Shown here piece after piece: positions 37,101-50,919 of a stretch of 64,000 bases of DNA; positions within the stretch are counted from its first letter, which is position 1, and the number at the start of each line of letters is the position of its first letter. Position numbers and translations under genes: made by a program. This DNA comes from Schmidtea polychroa (Eukaryota): positions 30,382,001 to 30,446,000 of the forward strand of contig CM097885.1 of the NCBI GenBank assembly GCA_044892525.1, in the 5' to 3' direction. The notes under the pieces were generated by a model. The model had not been told where the DNA came from, did not search any database, and worked only from the letters and a program-made list of their open reading frames with translations.

Positions 37101-40100
37101 ATATTTATTGAGGTTTGTATAAAATAAGCTCAAATTAAGTTGGAATGTGCAAAACATTAAATAAGTAATAAATAATAATTTAAAACATTAAATAATCAAT
37201 AAAATATGCAAAAAGAAATTTGAAAAAAATCAAAGTTACTTATTCCGGGGGAAATTGGTATGTACGGATAGCGAACGTTTATACGAAAACAGATATAATA
37301 ACATGAAAAAAGATATTACCCAGAAAAATATTTTTAACGAATACAAAATAATTTTAAAAAATGAATAATTTATTAGACATGTAGAAAACGCGACACAAGT
37401 GCGAAGTCCGAGCGGTAGACAAGTGGATAATATAATTAGGCTTATTTTCAAAATTATTAGTTTTACATTAGGAAAACGAGATCTGTGAACAAAGGCCATT
37501 ATTCTGTTTTTCGAAATTTTAGTCGATGCTAATTTAATTGTGCAGGTAAGCAGGATGAGTAGCAATTTTTGGGAAAAGGCCAGTTGGTCGAAGAGTGCTT
37601 TTGATTTTTATTAAAGAGTGTAAATAAGAACTTTGTTCTGGGTTTTATCTTGCTAACTGAGACAAAGAGCACGAGGAGTCAGAATCAGTACCGACTTTAA
37701 CAGTAATAATCCAACATTTATTATTAAATTATAGGTTACACAAATTAATTAAAAATCAATCAATATTTTCAGTGGGAAAGCTGGAAACAGTTTCTAAATT
37801 ATGATTTAATCTCATACTTTTACATTGATGGCGGCTCCTTAAGAAAAAGGAATATAAACATTCAAACATATTAATTTTAAAATTAATGACCTAATTAATC
37901 ATTAAAACAAAACTTGATTTTAACAATCAGGTAGAATAGAGTAAAATACCATAAGCGCACATTTTATCTGTCAAGGTCATATTATGTAATATATCAAGGT
38001 CATTTAAGGGTCAAAATTGAGGGTCATACTTGATTTGGTGTCATTTAAGGGTTGTTAGGGTAAGTTAAATGATGGTTGAAGGGACACATTTAGGTAGATT
38101 TAAGTTCATTTAATTGTGGGAAATGATGGGTTTAAGGGTAAAATAGGTTGCGTAAACGTCAAAATTTAAAGATAATAATGACCTTGACATATTATATAAT
38201 ATGACCTTGAAATCAAATTACACTCAGATGACCTTAACTGTGGGTATGTGGTTTAGTTCGCTCATAGAATCCTGCTACCAGGAATTAGTAATGCTAGATA
38301 AGAAAAATTACATGGGATTAGGGCATCATACTTCCAAAAAAAGAAATTACCCGAAATAATCGATATGATAAATCTCTTATAAAAGCAAGGCGTATTTATA
38401 GATATTTACCATTTCTAAATCGAAAATTAAAATAGACGATACAAGTTTTAATTCTGAAGTTATTTTCCAGCTAAATTTGATTTAGTATTTTCTTTCCTGA
38501 CAAAGTAGAGTGCAATTTCGAATTCGAAAATTATTAAGGCAATGTTATATGTCAATTAAGCTTTCAATTTATTGAGTTCTTCTTTAATCGATACAGAACA
38601 TGAGTTAATATTCGTTCCAATGAGGCTTTATTAAACCTAACATAACGATATTTATAACAATGTTTTTTTACCGTATGATTATTTTTTCCATTGAATTTAT
38701 TTAAAAAAAGAGATTTTGAAGACTATAAATCAGTAATATATCGATGTTTGTTATTAATTGAGGTGGAGGATTCGATAAAGAATTTTGTGCTTGAAATTTC
38801 TCCGATTAATCTTCGGAAGAATTTGCCGGGTAAAAATCGATTTTTTGTCTTAGAATCCGTTGACATCCAAATCACTTTCTCGTGTTATATTTCTTTTCAT
38901 TTAGCTTTGTAATTGTAATCTTTAATTCAATCACTTTCCCAGGTTATATTTCTTCTCCTTTAACTTTGTAATTGTTAATTTTTAATTCTTTTCTTATTGA
39001 TTTTTTTTTGAATTTGTAATTTCTCTATAGTAAATTATTACTATAGAGAATTACTCTATATAGTTCCTTTTATTGGTCTACTAAAAATACGTCCCGGATA
39101 AAAATAACGATTGTAAATCGTAATTTCAATTAAAAAATTACAGTCAATAAATTAACGCTACACTACAGGTGACATAGTTCCAGAATCTAGATAGATATGT
39201 CCCAGTCAGATATAGGTCAAAACCCTTAGAAAAAGTAAGTCTATTTAAAATTTAGTTGATTGAAATTAGCGGTTAACGTTTGCCAGAATTTGTGTATTTG
39301 TCCGTAAAGATAAAACCTTGTTATTTGTTAGGTTGTGTCATAGAATACAAGAAAGCTCTGAACCGAAGTTTCTAAAATACAACAAAATTTAGAAAATATA
39401 TGTAAGGCAAAAATGACAATTTAAATATATTTTTATGGATTCTTTTTTGCATTATATTGATAAATATTTTAATATCGATTTACTTTAGAAATATTAGATT
39501 AATATTTAATTAAATATTTCGTTAGGATAGTTCACTTACATACTTAAAAGTTTTCATTTCAGACAAATACATTTATCTTCAAGCCAATGGTTCATAAAGT
39601 AATAGTTACCAAGTATTATTTCTTTATTTTCAATTACAAAACAGGATGGCTTTGGCAAATACGTCAATCGAGTTCTTTCAATTGATATAATTTCTAACTT
39701 GCCCGCCAATAGACTAACCTCAGATTCGAATATCGGCAAAGAATTTTTACAATCAATTGGCACTTGTCTATTTTGGAAATCAAATGGAAATTTAATCAAG
39801 TAAAATCTTATTCCATAGCCATTATAGAAATGTTTCAGAAATCAAATGATTGTTAAATTGAATCGAAAGGCAACGAGCAATGAAATGGCAATCATTCCAT
39901 TAGTTATTCCAATTAGCAATGCCTATCGGAAAATTGACGAAAAGCTATGGTTTAATAATTTTTATTTAACCAATCAAATTGGTGGAGAATACAAATCCAT
40001 GATAATGGCACCTCATAATTATGTGTTTGTTGGTCATACATTACATAATATACTTGATTGGATAATTGGTATTTGTGGTGACTCAATTCAAGGTGAACTT

Positions 40101-43100
40101 GGTAAGTAATATTTAATTATTGGTTTTTATTTATATATTGGGTCATCTATAATCATTATAATTCTATAATTATAATTCATGGATTGGCCTCAAATTAACG
40201 ATTAACTCAGGTGCAGGTTATCTTAAGAATTATATAACTTGTGTAAGTGTTAAGCTACATCATTATTATTATTATTATTATTTTACTATTTATTATCAAT
40301 ATTCATTATAATTAATAATTATTGTTATGAACTTTATGGGCCAGCTTTTTAACTTAATATAGCGAGAATAAAAAAATATCGTTATTTTCTCGAATAATAA
40401 TAAATGAGTTGAAATAAAAACTAATCAATTATATCTATTGATCTATTTAAAATAAAGCTAATGCTTAATTTATACTGTATTTTTAGTTTTAGTGTCCTCT
40501 ATTTTTCCTAAGGTTTCCATTTCTAATTTGTGTTTTGTTGGCTAATAATATACTTGTTATTATTAATTGCATTGCTAAAGAATAAAATTTTAAAATTAAG
40601 CGCCTGCACTGAATATTACATTTGCAAGACTCTTATCCAATGTTTGGTAGTTAATGGGATCGAATTGCCATAAGAAATTTAATCTATTATTAAGTTAGCC
40701 AATTGACGACTATTTGATTTCAATTAGGGTTCGTTTTGGAAATGTGTAAGGTTCGTAAGTGGGTTATACGATTAACACACAAAATAATAACGCAACACGA
40801 CTTTTGTATCAAATAGTTTATTTATAAGTACAAATATGATTTAAACACACAAGTTAAAATAACAATAAAACGGGTTACCCAAAAAGGTGTCGCCAACAGC
40901 AAAAGAAAAGATATCTGAAGTGAATTGAATAATACGTTTAAATTCAAAGATCTATTCTTTAAAAACATTTGTTTATTTAAACAATTTTAATAATCCTCCT
41001 CTAGAGCCCATTCTCCCAGTCTTTGCGGAGGTCTACGAATTCGATTGATCTTTCGAAGCTCGTTTTGAGGGGCAATGGGTGTAACTTCTTCTGTCTGATA
41101 GTCGTTAATGTATGGCGTTTCATCTAGTGATAACGGAATTTCATTATCCATTGTTTCATTTAGCCCCTTTGGAGATAGTTGGTTGTTAGTTGCTAATTTC
41201 ATGATCGGGTTGTAGTCATCTTCTGAGATGATCCATGATGAATTCCTGCCATTTGGCAAGAGAAGAGTCTGACAAGAGGTGTCATTAGTTAAGCCAGATT
41301 TGTAGTCCACAACTTCGCCTTGTTGGAATTGAGGTATTATCGGTCTGCGTAGTAGTCTCCCAAAAATCATTTCTGATGGGACTTACCTTCAAAATCAGCA
41401 GATATCCGATGAATGAATAGCATCTTTTGAAGAAACTCGTCAAATTCAGTATGGCATTGACTTACCTTCAACATTTTATACCTCTTTTGATGGTTTGAAC
41501 TGCTCGTTCAGCTCTGCCATTTGCCATTAGGAAGTATGGCGGAGATTCCATTTTACGGGCTCTCTATGGTTCTCTAACTAAGACATCAATTCTTTTGATG
41601 TGAACTCCGGTGCGTTATTCGTTACGACATTCAGGGATACCGAAACGCGTAAACATTGTTCTCACACATTTGATAATGTCGGATGTGGTCCTCTCTTTCG
41701 TTCTAAAGGCTTCAATCCAACCCGAACCCGAGTCAACTATAATTAGAATGTTGCCAATCTCCTTGGCGTATGCCCAGTCAAGATGTTCTCGTTCGAACGG
41801 CTTAGCATCGGGCCATCGATGAACTTTTTTGATTGGATTTGGTCGGATTTTCGAGCACATTGAATAATTTTTTACAAATTTCTCAATGTCGTTTGTCATA
41901 CCTGGCCACCATGCCACCGAACTCACCATTCTGTAAGAAGTTTGCACTCCATTGTGGGTTTCCTTGTGGATTAAATTAAAAGTATTTTCACGAAGTCTCT
42001 CGGGAATAAACACTCTAGTGCTATTATACAGAATTTTACAGACTTTTATAATTTTTTTTAAATTGTGCTTTAAATTGACTGCATTTTGACCATCTTCACT
42101 CGTTGCATAATTCCTATCAACCGTTCATCAATCTCAAGTTCATTTATAATTTCTTTTGGATCTAAAACATTACAAAATGTGACGTTGTAAATTTGTGGAG
42201 CATTCATCGTGTCGAAATCAACATTTGCCTGCATTTTTGAATTGAAATCTTGACATGGCATCCGCTTGTGGGATCTGTGCTCCCGGAATATTATATGTTA
42301 TATCATAGTCGTATTTCATCAGTTTTATTGCCCATTTTGTTACCCGCGCTGAGACTTGTTCTGGGATTGCCCTGTCACTTCCAAATAAATATTTCAACGG
42401 ATAATGATCGGTCTGAATTAAGAATTTTCTTCCTAGAAGGAAATGACTCAACCTGGTTACAGTCCATACAACAGCTAAGGCTTCTCTTTCTATGTTTGAA
42501 TAATTACGTTCTGCTTGGCTCAGAGTTCGGGAAAAATAAATCACAGGATGACTTTCTTGAGTTGGAACTGCTCCGACGGCATTCAAGGATGCGTCTGTCG
42601 TCAGAGTCACTTCTTTTTCAAGGGAGTACGGTTTCACTACCGGATGATCAGATAATTCCTTCTTTAGTTCGAAACTTTCCTGACATTTCTCCGTCCAAAC
42701 GAAAATACTATCTTTTTTTCTCAGGCTGTTCAAAGATGCAATTTTGTCCGAGTATTTGGGAATGAGTCTACCAAAATAATTTGTTGGTCCGATAAAGCTT
42801 TCTACTTCTTTCCTATTCGTAGGAACAATGATGTCTTGTAATTTTCTTACTATTTTATTATCCGGCTGAATACCTCGACTAGATATATTTAACCCTAAAA
42901 ACGTAATTTCATCGACGTATTCAATTGACTTTTCTTTGTTTACGGTGATTTTCTTTTCTTTTATGCATTCCTTGACTGCGTCTAACCGTTTTTTACGAAA
43001 CATCATGGTCTCCAAAAACCAGAACTTCATCTTGGTATATAAGAATACCTTTTATATCTGATAAAATTTCCTCCATGGTTCTTTCAAATATCGCCGAAGC

Positions 43101-45623
43101 ATTTTTCATGCCCATCTGCAGGCGATTTACATAATATAAACCTTTTGAAATATTAATAATTGATAGTTGTCGGGCCTCTTTAGGCCGATTTTAGGTCTAC
43201 TTTGGCACAACGTTTTTTACATTACATTCCGTCTTGAATTTCTGGTTTATATGAACTTTGAAATTCACACACATCCTTAAATCTGATTCTCTTTTTTATC
43301 CATACTACGGGAGAACAATTCATTACTGGATCTTTGCATTGTGAGATGACTCCCATTTCCTCAATCGTGATAATTCCTCGTTAATTCTTGTTTCCATTGC
43401 CAACGGTACGGTTCTTGCCTCACAGAATACATTCCTGTCCTCTTTTATTGGTATCATTGTGACTTGAATTCCTTTGATTGTTGGAAGAAATGTACTCTTC
43501 ATCGTGACATTGTGATTGCTAGTTTCTGCTTCTAAAAGATCTTTGCATAAAAGACCATATATTTTATCTGATTCAAAAACCGCTAATATTATGACCTGAC
43601 GCCTGGTTTTAGTTTCTACATCAGCAAGAAACTGACCTCGGCACACCATCGTATGCTGACAATTTGACTTGCGAATGGGTTAACTGAGGTTTACTAATAT
43701 TCTCCAAAATCCTGGACGATATTATGGACACATCTGCACCCGTATCAACCTGCATAAGCACCTCATGCGAGTTTATTTGGCAATTTACTAGCTCCTTTCT
43801 ACACGAATGAATTGCGATGATTGTTCCAATATCTGAGTTTATGCTTTCTTGATCCATAACGTGAATACTCGGTTTATTTGATCTACTTGATGATCTACAT
43901 ACTCCAGCAAAATGATTTAGTTTCCCACATTTGCTACAATTTTTCCCACAATGCTTACATTTCTCTTTTGGAATAAATTCTTTTCGTGAATAAAATGTAT
44001 TCATATTTTGCTCATCTTCATTTGCTTTCTCGAAGTTTGCAGTGAATATCTTGACTTGTTCAATGTCTTGTATGATCTCTTGAATATGTTCCACCTATAC
44101 TTCGCCGTGTCCTATTTGTTCAGGAAGGTATAATTTCGCCTTGTCGTCATAAAGATCGGCTGTAACTGACATTCTTCTACTGGATCTTTTGATTCTCTCA
44201 GTTTCTCGAACTCACAGAATTGTGAGCCTTTCCGAAATCGTACAATGAAATCTGAAATATTTTCCGATTTTTCTTGTTTTATCTTGAAATATCTGCGTCT
44301 TTCTCCTACAACCAACCTTGATTGCGGATGTAAGTATTTCCTTATTGCTGATTCGATTTCTTCATATCTGATCGTTTGAATTGTTCTTGGGGATAGAATG
44401 GATCGGATTTTGTTAAGGGCCTCGAACCCACATAAAGCCATGAAGTTGTCTGTAATTGATAATTTTGTTTCGGAATCCGTCCATTGGTTTATCCTAATTA
44501 TCGCATTGAATGTGACTAGCCACGTTTCGCATTGGTCTGCATTTGTTAAATCCATAGGTGGTAATCCTGCTTGTGACGCCATTGAAGTGAATTGAATAAT
44601 ACGTTTTAATTCCAAAAATCTATTCTTTAAAAACATCTGTTTATTTAAACAATTTTAATAATATTAATTTCTTAATATTATTTCAATATCGGTTATAAAA
44701 AAACAGTCCTCAGATTCTTCTAAGACAGTAAATGCAGGATCCTAATTGATCAACAGCACCACTCAACAATGATAGTGAAAAGACGAGCGTTACCCGAATT
44801 TTACCACGATCGATTACTGCCAAGATATTTGGCAGTAACGTTATCCTAGATGATCTACCCTCTTCTATTTAATACTCTGAAAAATTCGCGCAATTCAGTA
44901 AACTGTTGCTAATATTATAAACCCTGCTCGAACTGTTACAACGTTGTCTATCAAATATATGACAATCCCTGTTGCTGTTTCCGCAAGATGGCTTTTGTAA
45001 TACGATTTTCTTTTAATTGGTATTGTAACGATAAAACGTCATTACCTTGAATATACGAATGCTCTGTAATTTTCCGTATTTTTTAGAATCTGTCAACAGT
45101 GACTGTTTATCTTTCCTCTTTTTCGAATTGTAATGACTATATATAATAACGTCATAATTCCATAATATTGTATAATTTCCAAACAAATTTTCAGCGTTGA
45201 ATAAAATATTTTAAAAAACCATTTATTAAAATTTTGATATTCAAAATATATTTATTTAAAAATGATTTACTAATAAAAAGCTTTTTTAATTTTTCAATTT
45301 AAAAATTATTTTAAAAGTTATTTTAAATAGTCAATTATTTATCATTTAAAATTATCTTAATAAATCATTGAAATATTTAATTCTCAGTTGAAAACACCTC
45401 ACAATATATATGTTTTCCCGGGATCTACAAAAACTTCAATAAATATTTGCTTATCGTTCTATTATCAATCTGATTATTTCCGGCTATTAAATCCAATTAT
45501 CAAAGTCTATTCTGGTTAATTGTTCTAGCTGCTTGTAATTCTAGCTTCATATTACAAATCTATGTCCTTTTTTATCATAATTTGAAACTTAAAATAAAAT
45601 AAATTTTACTTTTTAAAATTATT

Positions 45624-45705
<82 letters not shown>

Positions 45706-46273
45706 AATAATTATAAATATCATTAATAAATAATAATAATAAACTTTTATTTGTAAATTACTATTTATATTTGTTCTTTATATATGAATTGCTATTTATA
45801 GTTATATTCTATTTAAATATTACTATTTTTGGTAACATGATTACTAAATATAAATTCACTAATTTCTTATTCTGTACCATTTTCTTATTTTATTATTTAA
45901 TTCCTAAACACACACACGCACACAGTCCAACGAACTCTGATCCAACCCTAACAAATTTATTCCTGGTTTGCATTACTTTGAAAATCCAATTAAATGTTTT
46001 AATTTCAACAGATATTTCATTTTAGCATAAATAGCAATTGTAAATGTATTTTTGTAGGTGCTTCTCTGTTTGGTAAAGAAGTATTAAATGCTGGTTTAAA
46101 CAATTTATTGGGATTCAATTCTACACTTTATTCTAATCTAGCAAAAATTACGAAAATAGAAAGAAATATTTTTCGTCGTTTAGTTTTAATTTTAATCGAT
46201 GGAGGGGACAAAGAAGATATAATGCATTTTTTAATGAAAAATGCATCTTACAGCGTAATTTTATTTCTTATTG

Positions 46274-46348
<75 letters not shown>

Positions 46349-46472
46349 TATAAATAAAAATAATTATAAATAATATCATTAATAAATAATAATAATAATA
46401 AAATATAATAAAAAATATAATAATAATAATAATTAATTATAATAAATAATTATAATAATGATAATAATAATG

Positions 46473-46560
<88 letters not shown>

Positions 46561-46586
46561 AAATGAATGATAATAATAATTAAATA

Positions 46587-46627
<41 letters not shown>

Positions 46628-47648
46628 ATTTTATTAATTTTTATCAATTTCTGAGTATTAAAAAATAATTAAGTTTTAATTTATTATTTCAATTACAAAT
46701 AATGTTTTTCTTCTATTTATCATTAAATTGGTATTGAATTGCCAATGGTGGAATCATTTGTTGAAATATAATCAGGACTTATTTTGGATCGAAATATTTC
46801 ATTTTATGAATAAACATTGAGAATTATGGCTTACATCGTTATTAGTCTGAATTATATATTTTTTAAAATTGATGTAGTTAATATTATTAATAATAATGAC
46901 TTTTCACAGATAAGTGATTCGAAAAATTATGCCGACGAATATTTCCTGAAATTAAAAGGTGAAAAGATTGATAAAATTTGGAAAAATGGAATTTTATCAG
47001 ATTTCTTTAACGTTGTGTGTAACGTAATTAACTCTGGTGACTTGAAAACTCCATTTTTGAATTCCGAATTCTCTAAACCCCTTAGGATATCGAGCAGTAA
47101 AGAAGTTCGTTATAGCTTTATTGTGTAATATATGCAATCGGGATAAATTATATTTCAGTTAATGCAATGCTTCTTGAAATCAAGCATCGCAGATTATATC
47201 AACAGCCTTATTGTACACACTAAAGCATTAATATGTGAAATGAAGTTAAATTCGAGATTAAGCATCTGCAATAAGAATGAAATCAGATTTCTTTGTCATG
47301 AGAGTGATATGTACAAAATGGCTTACGCTTTACATCGCGCTGATTCTACTACTAAAATCGCATTTGCTTCACTTTTATCTCTTAGAAATGTGCCTTCAGT
47401 AAGGGGATTTTATCTGGCTTGCATATTATGTAATATTGCTAGGAATTTAGATTTTTAGACGGTGTAGATATCGATGAGTGCTGGAGAATGAATCCCATGG
47501 ATGATTTCGGCTCGGAATCTGGCCGTGGCATTTATCATAATTATGGAATTAAACCTGGTGGAATCTGATTTTATCAAATACATATTTTTATATAAATTTA
47601 GGTTTCTCACTCAATTTCGATGATTTGGCAGCAGAGCTTAAGATTTGA
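31175..47648 (+). CDS. POLG: Mitochondrial DNA polymerase gamma catalytic-subunit-like gene, 15 exons, ~888 aa; exonuclease motifs intact, polymerase motifs degenerate
   Basis: Exons 31175-31184, 31227-31807, 32261-32362, 32409-32626, 35426-35611, 35655-35936, 35976-36015, 39563-39598, 39645-39799, 39839-40101, 46058-46254, 46910-47104 (donor could be 47122), 47159-47398, 47443-47557, 47602-47648; all GT-AG and phase-consistent. POLG signatures: EGWTKY, IFDIEV, IGHFVSYDRARV, VDTMSMHIAISG, LMKYCANDV, RFPHKSVLYGMLE, YKNDPWLWDLKW, LRLRWDGLPL, GVDIDECWR. Confidence 0.9.
33880..34330 (-). pseudogene. Penelope-like element 3' fragment (GIY-YIG endonuclease) in POLG intron 4
   Basis: LIYQFTCNGCNATYIGETSRHLCIRAREH, followed by ERIICEALLIKSLNLKINVQ. 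Confidence 0.85.
37971..38210. repeat. 34-bp inverted repeats built from TCAAGGTCA motifs (foldback/MITE-like)
   Basis: 37971-38004 versus the reverse complement of 38177-38210, two mismatches. Confidence 0.7.
40916..44660 (-). mobile_element. Degenerate full-length Ty3/Gypsy (Mag-like) retrotransposon C with ~77-bp LTRs in POLG intron 10
   Basis: LTRs 40916-40992 and 44583-44660; PBS-like TGGCGTCAC; PPT AGAGGAGG; flanks ATATC/ATATT. Fragments of gag (CSKCGKLNHFAGVC), PR (VDTGADVS), RT (LQMGMK, IYQDE), RNase H (LTTDAS, YSNIEREAL) and IN (HLDWA, ESPPY, RIRRPPQRL). Confidence 0.9.
45626..45700. repeat. (TAA)n microsatellite
   Basis: Directly visible. Confidence 0.95.
46277..46625. repeat. Compound (TAA)n/(TTA)n low-complexity tract in POLG intron 11
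   Basis: Directly visible. Confidence 0.9.
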
Positions 47649-48367
47649 TGTTTTTCAGTCAAATGTTTATTTAAAATTTTGGAATTGTTTTCATTAATAA
47701 ATTTTTTCATGTTTTTATTAACCAATTTACGATTTCCCCTGATATCAATGAAGGTATTTTCTTTTCATCGCGCTTAGTTCCTTTGCAAACAGATAAGGTA
47801 ATGAAATTATCAACAAATTTTTAATATAAAAACAACTATGGTGTTGGAGCAGTTTATCTATTGTTTGATGTTCATTCTGTAAACTCTCGTTCCACTGTGA
47901 CTTAAGACCTTTAAGGATGTTGACGCGCCTTAGTGCCCTGAATAAGTCTATTGTTCATATTACGATATCATATTCGCAATATGTAATTCGAGGGACAAAG
48001 GAGCGCAACAGGCAGGTCGTTACAGCTGAGATCATAGCATTAAACATTATGGCTCTTCTCACGGAAGTTCAATAAGCAAAGTTAGGCGAGCATATAAAAT
48101 AATAAACTTAACTGCTCTATAAAATCGTAAAATAAGGAATGTTACGGTGACATTTAATAATAGACATAGAAATTAACAAGTTCAAAAGCTGAAATGATTT
48201 TAAAGAACAAGCGAGTAGGTCATCGAAAGCCAGGCCGGGTCCTCTGTAATTACAAACTGATATATTTTTTAAAAAACATTTGTTTTAGTTATCATATTAT
48301 TACTTATGAAATTCCATGATACATAAAAAACTTAAATTTTTAAAATCATTTAATTATATAATAATGC

Positions 48368-49887
48368 TGTTGGTTACTTAGGGGTGTATCATTTTTAATC
48401 ATAATCGTTCGACTCTTTCCTAAGCACCTCCATGACTATTGCAATTTAAACCATTTGTGTACCCATGGTGACGACCATGTTGGTCCTGTACACAAAGGTG
48501 AAAAAACAATGAGCAGGTGAGCTCCATTACTAAAACTACTCCCCATTGTATTTTCTTTTCGGGTTCTAGACTGCCGATAGAAGGTCTTACGTCATTAGTC
48601 ACTGTGTGCTACTTTTGGATCGTTGTTGGTCCTCAATTACGGGTATTTCTAATTGTTCTCTTATAAAATTTTGTGCAGGGATCCGCCCTTATTTTCCAGC
48701 TACTAATTATTGTTCTACACTTCCTACAATATCTAAATTATCCTTTGAAAAATTTGAGCAGGGATTGGCCCTTATTTTCAAGTTAATCCACGCTTCCCAT
48801 AATATTTACGTTATACTTCAAAAAATTTGAGCAGGGATCTGCCTGTATTCTCAGTCCTAACCTACATTTGACCACAGTACTTCCAGCGATAGGACCCGTG
48901 AGGAAGCCCCCACATTCCGGCCCAATCCAGCTGCGCGATTGAAAAACCAGCATACCCACCAGTCTGAGCATCCCGAAGGTACCTCAAACCATGATATGCT
49001 GAATCTCAATTCAGCGGTACTAACGTTCGTAATCAGTTAGTATAAAAATTGAACACAATAAAAATTATTATTTAATATCTGCAACTAAATGAAATTAAAC
49101 AATTAAAAGAAAATAACAAAAGAAAATTTAACTAAAAATTTTATTGCATATTAAATTTAATCATCTCATAAAATTACTACAACAATAAAAAATAAATTAC
49201 CAAATCCACGTGGGCATAAAATCGAAAACTGAGAGCTTCACTGGCTACAACTAAATTTTGATGTTAGAGAAAAAGTAGTCCCTTTAAATGAATTGGTGAT
49301 CAGTATTTATACTGATTTTTCATGCATTTGCTGCCACTCTATCCAATCAGAGTGCGAGAAATTTTTAATTAGTCTTGCATACATGCATGAGTGTGTGCAA
49401 TTGTTTATTTGTTTTAATTCAATAAATTTAATTAATTTCTTATTTAATTTTTATTAATTTTAATTTTATAAATTTTATAATTTAAATAATTTGAGTTATA
49501 TTAATTTTTATTAATTTAAACATTTTTATTCTTTAAATTTAATAAGTTAAATAACCATTTAATTCTATAAACTTTACAATTTATATAATGCTAACCAATT
49601 TTATTATTTTTGACGATTTAATTTTTATATTGTTTAAATAATTTTCAACTAATTCTATTTTATATTTTATTATTTTTCTATTTTAATTTTTAAGTGTTGA
49701 ATTTTTTGTTAAATTTATTTATCTCTTATTCTATTATACGGGGTTTATTGGTTCTTAATGTGTGATGTAATTTATTTCATTTATTTTAAATTAAACCTTG
49801 GTCATAAATTTTTCAACTTTGCGGTTTTTGTGTTAGGTATTTTCGATCGATTAAAACAAACTCTCAGTTCTCGGCTTCAGCCCAACA
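48368..49887 (-). repeat. 3' LTR of element D (1520 bp)
   Basis: Direct repeat of 60555-62097; I see one substitution and one 23-bp indel. Confidence 0.95.
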
Positions 49888-50919
49888 AATCACTGCGGGA
49901 CCCGTTGAAATTGCGTCCCGCAATTCTGTTAGACATATGAATTTCCCAGGTCATAGTCTATTACATTCCCATTAACCTATAAACATACTATAATAGCTTA
50001 AGACATGTTAGAATTCAATTAGCAGAAAAAGGTCTAAGCTCAAATTCAAGCAGTTGCCACATACAGTGACTGGTCATAATACATATACATACTGATACAG
50101 TGTCCAAACTCAAGTACGAGTCATATGCAAAAGTTTTATTTCTGGATAAATTCATCAGTTGGTTGTTTCTCTCGTTTCTGGGCTCGGTTTTCGATCTTTC
50201 GTCTGGGTTGTGTAGGCATGTTTGGTCCCTGCTGTTGATTTTCATCGTTAGCTCGTAATGTTTACTGAAGATCATAGGATTCTCTCTATCAGGGTTTGAC
50301 TGTTTTTCCCTGATTCTCCTTGAATTTTTAGGCTGGGATTCCGGTTTTCTGGATCATTTGATGGTAGTTGACCGACCTTGCTCCAGGGTCTTCGGGACTT
50401 TTGTTTAACTGGGTGATTTGACACATAGATTTTTCTTTTGGTTTTTCTCGGTGGTTTTTGTTTACGGTATTGCTCTTATTAAGGGATTTTCTTTCTCCAA
50501 TGGGTAACTCAAATTATCTTCGATTTGGGTCTTAGTTAGCTTGATTTGACTAACTTTCCAATGTCACTGGGGCTGTGACTTTCGTCTCATTTATCAGGAT
50601 CTTTTACCGTTCTCCTTAGTTTTGGGTTCCAAATTAGATATTACTTTTCGATATTCGTTTAACTCATTCTTTCTGGGTTTGCACTTTTATCTTTCTTCTG
50701 GATTTATATTCTTTCTTCTCATTCGAGCCCTTGTTCTCCTTTACCATTGTAAGGGTTCAAATTTAGTAGTTTTCACAACTGATTACTTGATCCATTTCTA
50801 TTTATATATCGATCTTTTGCTACATTATTCAGCAATTTATACCTATACATCTAGTACATTTAATTTGCTATTTATACATCAATTTTTACATATGTTCACT
50901 TCCTTTTTACTATTTTCAT

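Noticed and set aside
293..47648. Idea that the neighbouring pPolBs functionally replace the polymerase-dead POLG in mitochondria
   Set aside because: Only proximity supports it. pPolB2 is clearly and pPolB1 probably inside a mobile element, and I see no convincing targeting peptide. A second intact POLG elsewhere is the simpler explanation.
48420..48971. Short ORFs duplicated at 60630-61181
   Set aside because: They are identical only because they lie inside the two LTRs; no domain signal
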